From NCBI GenBank assembly GCA_048885535.1, contig JBHLLO010000020.1, forward strand, positions 1 to 43,847: a DNA stretch of 43,847 bases, written 5' to 3'. Source of the stretch: Candidatus Hermodarchaeota archaeon. GTDB taxonomy: Archaea > Asgardarchaeota > Lokiarchaeia > Sigyniarchaeales > SOKP01. The notes beneath the pieces were generated by a model. That model saw only the letters and a list, made by a program, of their open reading frames with translations, had not been told where the DNA came from and did not search any database. Position numbers and translations under genes: made by a program. Positions 26,854 through 36,501 of this stretch are shown here, piece after piece; the first letter of the stretch is position 1; the number at the start of each line of letters is the position of its first letter.

Positions 26854-28161
26854 ATAAGAAATATTATTATTGGAATAGATGGAGGCTGCTTTGAAAGCAT
26901 TTTACCATTAATTAAAAAAAACTTACTTCCTAATTTTAAAAAGATTATCAATGAAGGTTATAGTGCACCTGTACAGGTAACAGTTCCCCATGCTACAATC
27001 CCTTCATGGCCATGTCTTTTTTCTGGGCTTGAAGTTTCTGAATTAGGGTATTATACATTCATCCATCCAACGAGAGGAATTTTTAATTCGAAAGTATGGA
27101 GAGATAAATCAATTTTATCTATTAAAGATTTAAAAATCTTTGCTATAAATGTACCGGGTACTTATCCAGCTTGGCCAATTAATGGGGAAATGATCACAGG
27201 AATTTTATCACCCTCAATTTCTTGTTATCCTAAAGAGTTACAAGAGAAAATTGAAGATAAATGGATTATTGAGGGCAAAAATTTATCAGAAATTCTTAGT
27301 GCATTTGAAATGAAAAAGAACTTGTTTTTAAAAAAAATAAAAGAAGATTTCGATTTATTAGTATTTGTTATTAGAGTGCCTGATGCCATATCCCATCGAG
27401 TTTTAGGAGAGAAAGAAACCATCTTAAATGCAATGAACCTTGGTTATAAGAAGATTGACGAATTCCTTGGAGAAATTTTGGAGGAAAAGCAATTTGATAA
27501 TCTACTTATTTTTAGTGATCATGGATTAAAATTTTATAACAAAGTATTATACTTCCCTAGATTATTGGAAAAAAAGGGATTACTATATTTAAATGAGTTA
27601 AAAGGAAAAAGGATTAATAGCCTCATATTGAAGTTTTACGATATTATTAGACCTCTTTTGCGCGTGTCTCTTTCAAAAAAGGTTTATCAGAAATTATTTA
27701 ATGCTGAAAAAAGGGAAATTGAAAGGAAAAAAGATAGAAAATTAACTTTTTTTGATAAGAGTAAACCTAAAACATTTATCCAAAAATTAACCTCAAATAT
27801 GGGAGCGCTATTTTTATTTGGAAAAGATCAAGAAAAAAAGACCAAAATAAAAGAACAGCTTGAAAAAGATAAACATATTGATCAAATTTTTGAATATTCC
27901 AAATTAGGATTTCCAGACTTTTTAATTGCTCTTAAAGATGATTTTATTTTTTTTAAAGATTGTTCCTACTTTTTAAAAAGAAACACCGAAGTATTTAGTC
28001 ATACTAATAGGGGATTCTTTATGGCGTATGGTAAGAATATAAGAAAAGATTCAACAAATTTGATAAATTACCTAGATATTGCACCTACAATTCTTAAGCT
28101 ATATGATAAAGAAAAACCAAATTACATGAAAGGTAAAGCCTTAAATATCTTTAAAATCTGA
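26854..28161 (+). CDS. Alkaline-phosphatase-superfamily protein, paralog of 22228-23559; probable ATA (or CTG 26851) start
   Basis: The frame is open 112 codons above the first ATG (27190): (ATA)RNIIIGIDGGCF...VTVPHATIPSWPCLFSG...NVPGTYPAWPINGEMITG. Also PDAISH, SDHG, SH..GFFMAYG, DIAPTIL. GGTGA lies 6 nt upstream. Confidence 0.87.
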   Translation: MRNIIIGIDGGCFESILPLIKKNLLPNFKKIINEGYSAPVQVTVPHATIPSWPCLFSGLEVSELGYYTFIHPTRGIFNSKVWRDKSILSIKDLKIFAINVPGTYPAWPINGEMITGILSPSISCYPKELQEKIEDKWIIEGKNLSEILSAFEMKKNLFLKKIKEDFDLLVFVIRVPDAISHRVLGEKETILNAMNLGYKKIDEFLGEILEEKQFDNLLIFSDHGLKFYNKVLYFPRLLEKKGLLYLNELKGKRINSLILKFYDIIRPLLRVSLSKKVYQKLFNAEKREIERKKDRKLTFFDKSKPKTFIQKLTSNMGALFLFGKDQEKKTKIKEQLEKDKHIDQIFEYSKLGFPDFLIALKDDFIFFKDCSYFLKRNTEVFSHTNRGFFMAYGKNIRKDSTNLINYLDIAPTILKLYDKEKPNYMKGKALNIFKI

Positions 28162-28175
28162 AAATTAAACCTCAC

Positions 28176-29369
28176 TCATAAGATATTTTTTCGCTTCCTA
28201 TATTTCTTATCCTTGTAAATAAGAATCTCAAAAAATACTTCAATTGTTATTATAGCTTCTATGTAAATATAAAAAATGATTTTCAAATATAGAGATATGC
28301 TAATCTTATTTCGAAATTCCTTTTTGATGGAAATTAGAAAGAAGATTACTTTTCTAATTTTTTTTAGATAAAGGCTAAATAAACCTATAACGCCTAGGAT
28401 AAACAGAAAAAAGTTAAAGAGGAGAAAAGTTGGACAAATTAAGATATATATTGATAGAATTGTCATTAAAGTAAATTTAAGATAACGAGTTTTAGTTTTA
28501 CCCTTGAGCTTGTTAAAGAGAGGATTCTGTATCCATCTTTTATTTTGACTCATATAGGTTTTGATTTTATCAGGAAAAAAAGTAAAAATTCTCCAACGGT
28601 AATTTTCTAACTCATATATATCAAATCCCTTTTCTGAAAGTTTTACCCCAACCCATCCATCTCCTATAAGTTCACCCTGAGGGAATTTCCCTATCTCTTT
28701 TAAAACATCATATCTCAAACAAGTATGGGGACTAATTCTTTTCGATTTAGGTTTAAATCTTTTTCGAAATCTAGGATTTCTATCAATATTCAAATAATTA
28801 ACCAAACTTAATTTTTCTTGTTGCTTTAAAGGCCTAGTAGATGTGATTATTATATTTTTATTTTGATTTACAATTAAGGAAATCATCTTAAGAAAAATCT
28901 CATTAGTAATATAAGAATCAGCATCAATTAAGTACACCAATCCTTCCGAAACATAAGCTAAACAATCGTTTATTGCTCTTATCTTACCGCCTCCACCTTT
29001 TTGTTCTAGAACTATAAAGTTGTTATATTTTTTGAAAGATTCAGCTATAACTTTTGTCTCTTCGGATCCACCAGCATTCACTATTACTCTCAAATAGGGA
29101 TAAGTCAAATTCAAAATTGATAATAGGCATTCCTGGAATAACTTACCCTCTTTCCACGCAGGAATTATAAAATTAACAACGGGAGTTTTTTTTAATTGTT
29201 CGAAAGTTACTATTTCAGAATCATCAAATTCTTTAAGTTGAGTTAAATAATTCAAATCTCTAACTACAAGGGCAATAATATGATAACCTAAAACAATTAA
29301 AAACAAGAGGAATATGAAAAATGGTGAAGATATTATTGCAAAAACATTAATAAGAAATTCAATCACCAT
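28176..29369 (-). CDS. Membrane glycosyltransferase family 2 with QxxRW motif
   Basis: N-terminal TM, IIPAWKE, GGGKIRAIN, IDAD, QNKRW, C-terminal TM helices; SD AGGTGA 6 nt upstream. Confidence 0.85.
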   Translation of the reverse strand: MVIEFLINVFAIISSPFFIFLLFLIVLGYHIIALVVRDLNYLTQLKEFDDSEIVTFEQLKKTPVVNFIIPAWKEGKLFQECLLSILNLTYPYLRVIVNAGGSEETKVIAESFKKYNNFIVLEQKGGGGKIRAINDCLAYVSEGLVYLIDADSYITNEIFLKMISLIVNQNKNIIITSTRPLKQQEKLSLVNYLNIDRNPRFRKRFKPKSKRISPHTCLRYDVLKEIGKFPQGELIGDGWVGVKLSEKGFDIYELENYRWRIFTFFPDKIKTYMSQNKRWIQNPLFNKLKGKTKTRYLKFTLMTILSIYILICPTFLLFNFFLFILGVIGLFSLYLKKIRKVIFFLISIKKEFRNKISISLYLKIIFYIYIEAIITIEVFFEILIYKDKKYRKRKNIL

Positions 29370-29387
29370 ATTTGATCACCTTAAAAA

Positions 29388-30644
29388 TCATTCTATTAGT
29401 TCTTTAAAAAGTTGTAAATAATCTTGAATTATTTTATTCCATACAAACTTTTTAATCACACGATTATAACCATATTCTCCCATATCAATTCTTTTTTGAG
29501 GATTGTTGTAAAATAACATGATTTTGCTAATTAACTCATTAAGATCATCTGGTTTTATTAAAAACCCCGTTTTCTCATCAATTATTGCTTCAGAAATCCC
29601 TCCTGCTTTTGTTCCAATCACTGGGAGCTTGAAATAATTCGCTTCTAAAAAGACTATACCAAAACCTTCTATATTAGTTTTTTTTGTACTAGAAGGCATG
29701 ATAAATAAATCTGAAAGTTTGTAGAATTTATTTCTTCTTTCATTATCGCAAGGTCCTAAAAATTCTATATATTTTTCCAAATTTAAAGTCCGTGTTAGTT
29801 TTTTTAAATACTCTGTTTTTTCACCCTCACCTATTAAGAGATATTTTAAATTCAAATTTGGATGACTGTTTCTTATGTTATTTATTGCTTCAATTACTAA
29901 ATCGAATCTTTTTCTTGGATTATGCCGACCTACACTTAAAATTATAAATTTGTCATTAGCAACCTTCAATTCAGTTCTTAATTCTTCTTTAGATTTTTCA
30001 ACTAGTAATTCTTGCGGATTTATACCTAGATTAATAATACTCAAGTTCTTGTCTTTTAAATGATGCATTTTTTTAATAATCTCTTTCATCCTCCGATTTG
30101 TAACGATTACTTTATCTATGTTCTTAAAATAAAATGTTTTTAAAGATAAAGGAGATCTAATTAAGAAATCATTACCATGAGCAATTGTGACAATTTTCTT
30201 ATTTAGGATTCTAGATAAGATAAAATTTAAACACAAAATCCAACCAGAATTACCACTTAGAATTAGATCAATTTTTAATTGTTTAAATAATGGATAAATT
30301 CTGTTTAAGTTATGAATTATCAACATTGTTAATTTTGGTCGAAGGATTAAATGAAAGAATATTTTTATCCGTTCATCAAAATGTGTCCTCTTATCAGTTA
30401 GTATTTTCCAAAAGGACAAAAATATTAGAAAGAGTTTGTGCTTATCAAATAAGAATTTTCTTAGATCCTTTAATTTGAAATTTTTACGTTCTAAAGTTTT
30501 AAATACGTTTTCGCATTCAGAGTAAGGATTAATAACGTATAGATTATGGATAGATGTTTTAAAAGATTTATAGATATTCGTTGAAACTTGAGAAACACCA
30601 CCTAAATTAGGATAAAAATCATCAGTTATTAGAAGAATATTCAT
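29388..30644 (-). CDS. Glycosyltransferase family 4 (PimA/PimB-like GT-B)
   Basis: ITDDFYPNLGGV, AHGND, VGRH..RK, EGFGIVFLEA, GGISEAI. Start is placed at MNILLI (30644); the track start is 30695. Confidence 0.9.
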   Translation of the reverse strand: MNILLITDDFYPNLGGVSQVSTNIYKSFKTSIHNLYVINPYSECENVFKTLERKNFKLKDLRKFLFDKHKLFLIFLSFWKILTDKRTHFDERIKIFFHLILRPKLTMLIIHNLNRIYPLFKQLKIDLILSGNSGWILCLNFILSRILNKKIVTIAHGNDFLIRSPLSLKTFYFKNIDKVIVTNRRMKEIIKKMHHLKDKNLSIINLGINPQELLVEKSKEELRTELKVANDKFIILSVGRHNPRKRFDLVIEAINNIRNSHPNLNLKYLLIGEGEKTEYLKKLTRTLNLEKYIEFLGPCDNERRNKFYKLSDLFIMPSSTKKTNIEGFGIVFLEANYFKLPVIGTKAGGISEAIIDEKTGFLIKPDDLNELISKIMLFYNNPQKRIDMGEYGYNRVIKKFVWNKIIQDYLQLFKELIE

Positions 30645-30748
30645 ATATTTAATTCCTAACAGTTCATTTTTTTCAAGAAAAAATTTATCTTTCATTCCTA
30701 ATATTCTATGTTATTCATAAAAAAAGAATCTTCTATTTTTGAATAGAT

Positions 30749-32404
30749 ATGGAAAATACTCAGAATGATAAAGCTATTAAAAAAATGGCTAAAGACCATA
30801 AAATTTTAGCTGTCAACTCAATATTTTCATTTTTCCATAGTTATAGTGGGTTTATATTTTCTATTTTATCGTCAGTTCTTATTGCCAGAATGATCTCTCA
30901 AGACTTATGGGGGTATATTCTTCTAAGCCTTTCCTCTGTAAACATATTTGCCTTAATCTTAAGCTTTCTACCTCCAAGTTTAGGTTTATCTTTAAATTAT
31001 TATATTCCCAGATATAGAGCATTAAATCAAAGTAATACATTAAAATCATTTGTTAAATACACTCTTCTTATTAGGGTCATTTTTAGTATTTTAATATTCA
31101 GTCTTAGTATTTTTCTCTTCTACTTTTGGACAGATTTATTCAACATTAATCTTGAAAGTTATTCTCATCTCTTTCTAATATTTTCTCCCCTTATCCTAAT
31201 TTTTGGTCTCGATAAAATCTTAAATGATATAATTCGAGCATTCAATATGTTTAAAATGGTTTTCTACTTACTTATTTTAAAAAATTTGTTGTATATTGGC
31301 GGATTATTTATTTACTTTTTAGTTTTCAATACTTTTACAGCTGAAGTTATCGCAGTTATTAACTTAATTTCGAACTTTATTCCATTTCTGTGTAACATTA
31401 TAATAGTTTTTGTTGTTTTTAAATCGAGGTTAAAAAAAACTCAAGATAAGGAGATGACATTAAGGCAGGCTGCAATAAAGATGTTTTCATATGGAATTCC
31501 TTTAAGTTTTAAAGATTTTGCTGATGGTTTTTATAAACAACTTAAAGTTCAATTAGTTGGGATTTTTGCTTCTCCAGAAGTTGTTTTAGGGTATAGTATT
31601 GGAAATAATTATAATAATGTTTCTTTTGAAGCAGTAATTTCTCTTGGAAAACCATTAACTATCGCATTCTCATCATTATATGCTAAAGAAAAAAAGGAAG
31701 AAATTTCAAAAATTTATCGGGTTTCATATTTTTATTCAGTTTTTTTAATTTTACTTATCTCTGGTTTATTGTTTTTTGTTGCAGATTTCTTTTTATTTAT
31801 TGTGTATGGAGAATCATATCTAGAATACTCCTTAATTTTAAAATTGATGGTTATCGCGATTATTTTTAACGTTCAAGGTTCTTTTTTCTTTAGTTTAATG
31901 AGGGCAAGTAATAAAGTGAAATATTTGTTTCCTATAAGCATAGCGGTAATTTCTGTGAGGCTATCTATGTTCTTAATTGGCTTAGTATTTTTTGGGATAA
32001 TTGGTGCAATTATGATTGGGATTTTCTTCGCGAATATTCTAATTTTTCTTTTTTTGTTAGGGCTTACTATTAAATTTTTTGATTTACGACTTAATCTATT
32101 CAAAGTTTTTATGCAGTATATTATCTTCTTTATCTCGCTGATAATTCCAATCGTATTAAATTTGTTAATATTAGATAATGTTAAACTTCTAATATTAGGA
32201 AGTTTGAATTTATTGGTTCTCAGAACTTTCGATATATTTGGAATTTTGATATTTTTATTTTGTTTTTTCATTTTTAACTTAATATTCCAGATTTTTACAA
32301 GGAAAGATATTGATTATTTAATTGCTTTCTTTTCAAAAGATAATAAAGTACATAAACTCATTAGAAAGTTTTTAGGCTTCTTTAAAAGATTTATGAGAGA
32401 ATAG
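30749..32404 (+). CDS. Oligosaccharide flippase (Wzx/RfbX, MOP superfamily)
   Basis: About 14 hydrophobic helices, IARMISQDLWG (ARxLgxxxyG), YGIPL, G.Y, VYGESY; located within the GT cluster. Confidence 0.88.
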   Translation: MENTQNDKAIKKMAKDHKILAVNSIFSFFHSYSGFIFSILSSVLIARMISQDLWGYILLSLSSVNIFALILSFLPPSLGLSLNYYIPRYRALNQSNTLKSFVKYTLLIRVIFSILIFSLSIFLFYFWTDLFNINLESYSHLFLIFSPLILIFGLDKILNDIIRAFNMFKMVFYLLILKNLLYIGGLFIYFLVFNTFTAEVIAVINLISNFIPFLCNIIIVFVVFKSRLKKTQDKEMTLRQAAIKMFSYGIPLSFKDFADGFYKQLKVQLVGIFASPEVVLGYSIGNNYNNVSFEAVISLGKPLTIAFSSLYAKEKKEEISKIYRVSYFYSVFLILLISGLLFFVADFFLFIVYGESYLEYSLILKLMVIAIIFNVQGSFFFSLMRASNKVKYLFPISIAVISVRLSMFLIGLVFFGIIGAIMIGIFFANILIFLFLLGLTIKFFDLRLNLFKVFMQYIIFFISLIIPIVLNLLILDNVKLLILGSLNLLVLRTFDIFGILIFLFCFFIFNLIFQIFTRKDIDYLIAFFSKDNKVHKLIRKFLGFFKRFMRE

Positions 32405-32411
32405 AACTCAA

Positions 32412-33296
32412 TCAATAATACTCATATAAGTGCATAGTACCATTGGCTATTAAATTGAATCTTTTTGTAAGTTTTAGGTTCCAATCTTTCCAATGGGGAA
32501 TTTTGTAGTTGACAGTTTTGTTTATCTTCTTTGAAAATAATTCTCGAATTTTTAATCTAACAGTGTTATTGTCTAGTTTTAAACCAAAATGATCTAGAAT
32601 CTTAAAAAATCCAGCAAAATCTTTGTCATAATTAAAGATATCTTCAAACTTAATTATTAACACATTTTGGTCATTTTTAATAGCTTCAAAGACCGCAGTA
32701 TTTAACTTATCCCATTTCCAAGCAAGCTTTTCAAACTGAGTCATAGCAAACCAACTTTTCCTAAATGGATCATTATCGAAATCAATTGCCCGAATTCGAT
32801 AAACATCTCGTATAAGTGGTTTTAAGTTAAGTTTAAGAATTTTTTGTATATAGAACAAAATTTTAATTGGTATAAATCTGAGAAGAGGAACTAACGGAAA
32901 TTGAGTTTTATGAATATATGAACTATAAATACCTCTACTTATTGCAGATCTTAACCAATCTCTACCATCTCTGACTATATAAACTACTTTGTAATTATTA
33001 AAAACATTTCTTATAATTGGAATAAGTAGACATAAATATGGATTAGATTCTATATAGCACTTCTTATTAATACTCTTGTGGAGCTTATATCTTTCTTTAA
33101 TAAAACTTCTTATTCCTTTTTCAAGTTGTATCTTTTTCGTTCCAAATTCAAATCTTAGTTTATAAGGAATTGGTGGGGGTTCATGTCTTGCATCTATACC
33201 TTCAAATAACTCCTTCAAAAGATAGATCAGAAATTTTGTGCCTGTTCTTCCTGTAGATATTATGAAATTATCGGATGAGCTTTTCGAAACTGCCAT
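32412..33296 (-). CDS. PAPS-dependent sulfotransferase
   Basis: 5'-PSB loop STGRTGTKFL, HEP, 3'-PB motif IVRDGRDWLRS, KFEDI. Confidence 0.85.
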   Translation of the reverse strand: MAVSKSSSDNFIISTGRTGTKFLIYLLKELFEGIDARHEPPPIPYKLRFEFGTKKIQLEKGIRSFIKERYKLHKSINKKCYIESNPYLCLLIPIIRNVFNNYKVVYIVRDGRDWLRSAISRGIYSSYIHKTQFPLVPLLRFIPIKILFYIQKILKLNLKPLIRDVYRIRAIDFDNDPFRKSWFAMTQFEKLAWKWDKLNTAVFEAIKNDQNVLIIKFEDIFNYDKDFAGFFKILDHFGLKLDNNTVRLKIRELFSKKINKTVNYKIPHWKDWNLKLTKRFNLIANGTMHLYEYY

Positions 33297-33423
33297 GTTT
33301 CATTATAATAAATTAAATATTATCTAAAAACCAAATGCATTTGCATTATTAAGATATGACCTTTAAGGAATGGAAAAATCTAAAAATTTCTAAAATATTA
33401 TTCTATTAAGTGAATTAGAAAAT

Positions 33424-34887
33424 ATGATAAAAAGGACTATCTTAATTACAATCGATTGTTGGAGATTAGATAGATTAGGGATTTTTGGTTATAACGATTC
33501 TGTTTTGCCTAATATCAATAAATTATCTAACAACGCTAGTACATTTGAAAATATGATAGCCAATTCCTCAAATACGGCCCCCTCATTTTATGCTTTGTTT
33601 ATGTCAAAAATTCCTGTTATAGATGGGCAATATAGCCCCCTCCCTTCTGATCAAAAGCAATTTACTGAAATTCTGAGAGAAAACAAAATAAAGACTTGTG
33701 GAATTCATTCTAATCCCCATTTAGGGAAGTTATGCAATTATAACAAAGGATTTGATGATTTTTTTGATATGTTTGAAGAACCTGAATATTATTCATTGAG
33801 AAAGAATCTAATAAATAGAATTTACAAGATTTTTGACTTTTTTGGATTAAGAACCAGAATAACCAAATTCAATAAGAAATTGTTAAAAAGAATTAGATTG
33901 AAAAAGTTCAAACCATCACTAACTACAAAAAAAATCAATTACGCATATTCCAATGCAAAAGATGTTACAAGGAAAGCAATTGATTGGATTAGTAAAAATT
34001 ATAAATCAAATTTTTTCTTATGGATTCATTATATGGATGCTCATCGTCCGTATTTTCCTCCTGATAAATTTATAAAGAGGGTAAGTAATCGAGAAATCTC
34101 AGAATCTAAAAAGCTATTTCTCAGAGATATTGTTAATTATTTTAAACCTGACTCAAAAGAAAGATTGGATATTGATAATAATTCTATTGAGTTAACTAAT
34201 ACTCTATATGATGCTGAATTAAACTATGTTGATTATTATATCGGAATTTTGCTCGAATATTTAAAGCATATTAAGATTTTTTCTAATGTAAATCTTATTT
34301 TAACAGCAGATCATGGGGAAGCTATATTTGAACATGGTTTCTTAGGGCACCAAATTTCGCTGTACGATGAATTGCTAAAAATTCCTCTAATAGTTCGACT
34401 AGCTAATAATCAGAAAACACAAAATTTAATCAAATTTTATGCCGAATTGATAGATGTTGCTCCTACAATATTAGATACTTTCAATATTACTTCGAATAAA
34501 AATTTTCGCGGAAAAAGTCTAATTCCGCTAATGATTAACGCCGATACTTCTAAAAAGTCAGAAAATATCCTCAGTGCTTTACTACATCATAATAACAAGA
34601 TATATTCTTTTTATCGTAAAACAGACGAGTCTTATTTTTTAATGATATCAACCAGAACTAAAAATTGGAAGTTAATATTTGATGAACAAACAAATGACTA
34701 TGAATTATATAATTTAACAGAAGATCCAAAAGAATTAACAAATTTATATTATAAAGAAAATATGCAATTAGAAGAAATAAAGCAAAACCTATTAACTGTA
34801 ATAAAGGTTGCAATGGAAAAGCTTTATAATGAAAAACAGAAGATTAAAAGGGTTATTCTCAAGAATATTTCAAAATTTTCAATTTGA
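33424..34887 (+). CDS. Sulfatase-like hydrolase/transferase (Thr at the nucleophile position), paralog of 23590-25047
   Basis: ITIDCWRLD, NTAPSF, HSNPHLG, HYMDAHRPY, LYDAEL, TADHGE, LYDELLKIPL, DPKELTN. Confidence 0.88.
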   Translation: MIKRTILITIDCWRLDRLGIFGYNDSVLPNINKLSNNASTFENMIANSSNTAPSFYALFMSKIPVIDGQYSPLPSDQKQFTEILRENKIKTCGIHSNPHLGKLCNYNKGFDDFFDMFEEPEYYSLRKNLINRIYKIFDFFGLRTRITKFNKKLLKRIRLKKFKPSLTTKKINYAYSNAKDVTRKAIDWISKNYKSNFFLWIHYMDAHRPYFPPDKFIKRVSNREISESKKLFLRDIVNYFKPDSKERLDIDNNSIELTNTLYDAELNYVDYYIGILLEYLKHIKIFSNVNLILTADHGEAIFEHGFLGHQISLYDELLKIPLIVRLANNQKTQNLIKFYAELIDVAPTILDTFNITSNKNFRGKSLIPLMINADTSKKSENILSALLHHNNKIYSFYRKTDESYFLMISTRTKNWKLIFDEQTNDYELYNLTEDPKELTNLYYKENMQLEEIKQNLLTVIKVAMEKLYNEKQKIKRVILKNISKFSI

Positions 34888-34923
34888 TCGGTTGAATTTA
34901 AGTAATTTTTACTAGTTTTATAT

Positions 34924-35550
34924 CTATTTAATTTGTTTGAGTTTCTGGATAACCTTATTTGGATTGGGTGCTCTTAAAATAGTGCTGGCGCTAGTTAATA
35001 TATCTGCATTACATAGTTTTTTAGCATTTTTAAGATTGACACCCCCGTCTACATCAATTTTAAAATTAAATTTTTTTTTAAATTCTGCTAAATGGTTTAC
35101 TCTATTAATAGTTTCAGGTAAAAATTTTTGCCCAGAATAACCTGGATTCACTCCTAAAATTAAAATTAAATCTATTAAAGATATTAACCCTAAAATTTCT
35201 GATATTTTAGTTTGTGGATTAACAGCTAATCCTATTCTCTTTTTATTTTTTTTTAAGATGTTAATAATTGGAATTTTATCATTATTAATTTCATAATGAA
35301 AGAAAATACCATCTACAAAAGCCACTATCTTTTCAATATATTCTATTGGATTTTGAACCATCAAGTGGACTAAAATAGGAATCTTAAAATTATCTTTAAT
35401 GAGGTTTATGACTTTTAGATTGAGGTTTTGAGAAGCAACAAATTTACCATCCATAACATCTACGTGGAAATAATCTATGTTATCTAAACCTTCAACTAAT
35501 TTGAGATCGAAACCAGCCCGTGCATGTAAAGAAACAGCAACTTCTTTCAT
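34924..35550 (-). CDS. rpe: Ribulose-phosphate 3-epimerase
   Basis: HVDVMDGKFV, VHLMV, FHYE, GVNPGYSGQKF, VDGGVN. Confidence 0.93.
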   Translation of the reverse strand: MKEVAVSLHARAGFDLKLVEGLDNIDYFHVDVMDGKFVASQNLNLKVINLIKDNFKIPILVHLMVQNPIEYIEKIVAFVDGIFFHYEINNDKIPIINILKKNKKRIGLAVNPQTKISEILGLISLIDLILILGVNPGYSGQKFLPETINRVNHLAEFKKKFNFKIDVDGGVNLKNAKKLCNADILTSASTILRAPNPNKVIQKLKQIK

Positions 35551-35557
35551 AATAGAT

Positions 35558-36490
35558 TTATTTTCGATTTATTAGCTCTAAAAGTTTATCTTTAATATTT
35601 GTAATATTTAACCCATAAGCATCTAAAAGCTTCTCACGAGAACCAGATTGAATAAAAGAATCATTTATTGCTAGAAATTTCATGGGTAAAGACTGTTTTT
35701 GAGAGAGAATACGAGCTATAATGCTGCAGAAACCACAATAAATATTATGCTCCTCGATAACAACTATTCCCTTCATGGATTCAACTTCATTAAATAACCT
35801 CTCTTCATTAATAGGTTTGATTGAAGAGAGATTAATTACCTTAATGGAACAATTTAATTCTTCCTCAAATATAGTAGCGTTGGTAACTGCTAGAGCACTT
35901 CCATATCCCATTCCAATAAGACAATAATCGCTTCCTTCTTTCAATATATCTGGTTCTCCTAAAAGAAAATTGTAATTTTCTTCATGGATGTTTGAAAAAC
36001 TAGCTCTTGGCAATCTAATGTAAACAGGACCGTGCATACGAAATGCATATTCAAGCATCTGTATTAGTTCAATTGAATCGGATGGCACTAATACAGTCAA
36101 ATTTGGTAGGATTGACATCAGACTTATATCTTCTAATGCATTATGAGTACTTCCATCCTCTCCGACAATGCCCCCATGAGTAGTTATGATTTTAACATTC
36201 AAATTATCATGACAAGCCATCCTAATGAATTCCCAAGCTCTTCCAGTTGTAAATATAGAAAATCCACTGACTACGGGAATCTTTCCAGAAATCGCTAAAC
36301 CTAATGCCACACCAACCATATTTTGTTCAGCAATTCCCATATTAAAAAATCTATCTGGATATTTTTTAGCAAATTTATAAGTTCGTGTCGAAGATGATAA
36401 ATCAGAATCTAAAACTACAATATTGCTATTTTTACTGCCTATTTTTACTAAAAAGTCCCCGAATGTATCTCTGAGAGAATCTTCTTTCAT
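35558..36490 (-). CDS. Transketolase, C-terminal (pyrimidine-binding) subunit
   Basis: DSDLSSST, GIAEQNM, GEDGSTH..LED, GPVYIRL, EEHN. ATG 36490 follows GAGGT. Confidence 0.93.
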   Translation of the reverse strand: MKEDSLRDTFGDFLVKIGSKNSNIVVLDSDLSSSTRTYKFAKKYPDRFFNMGIAEQNMVGVALGLAISGKIPVVSGFSIFTTGRAWEFIRMACHDNLNVKIITTHGGIVGEDGSTHNALEDISLMSILPNLTVLVPSDSIELIQMLEYAFRMHGPVYIRLPRASFSNIHEENYNFLLGEPDILKEGSDYCLIGMGYGSALAVTNATIFEEELNCSIKVINLSSIKPINEERLFNEVESMKGIVVIEEHNIYCGFCSIIARILSQKQSLPMKFLAINDSFIQSGSREKLLDAYGLNITNIKDKLLELINRK

Positions 36491-36501
36491 TTTACTATAC
36501 C

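Noticed and set aside
22228-28161. Calling the two short-looking AlkP ORFs truncated pseudogenes
   Set aside because: The frames are open and conserved through the N-terminal catalytic motifs. Only the canonical start is missing, and both share ATA at the same position.
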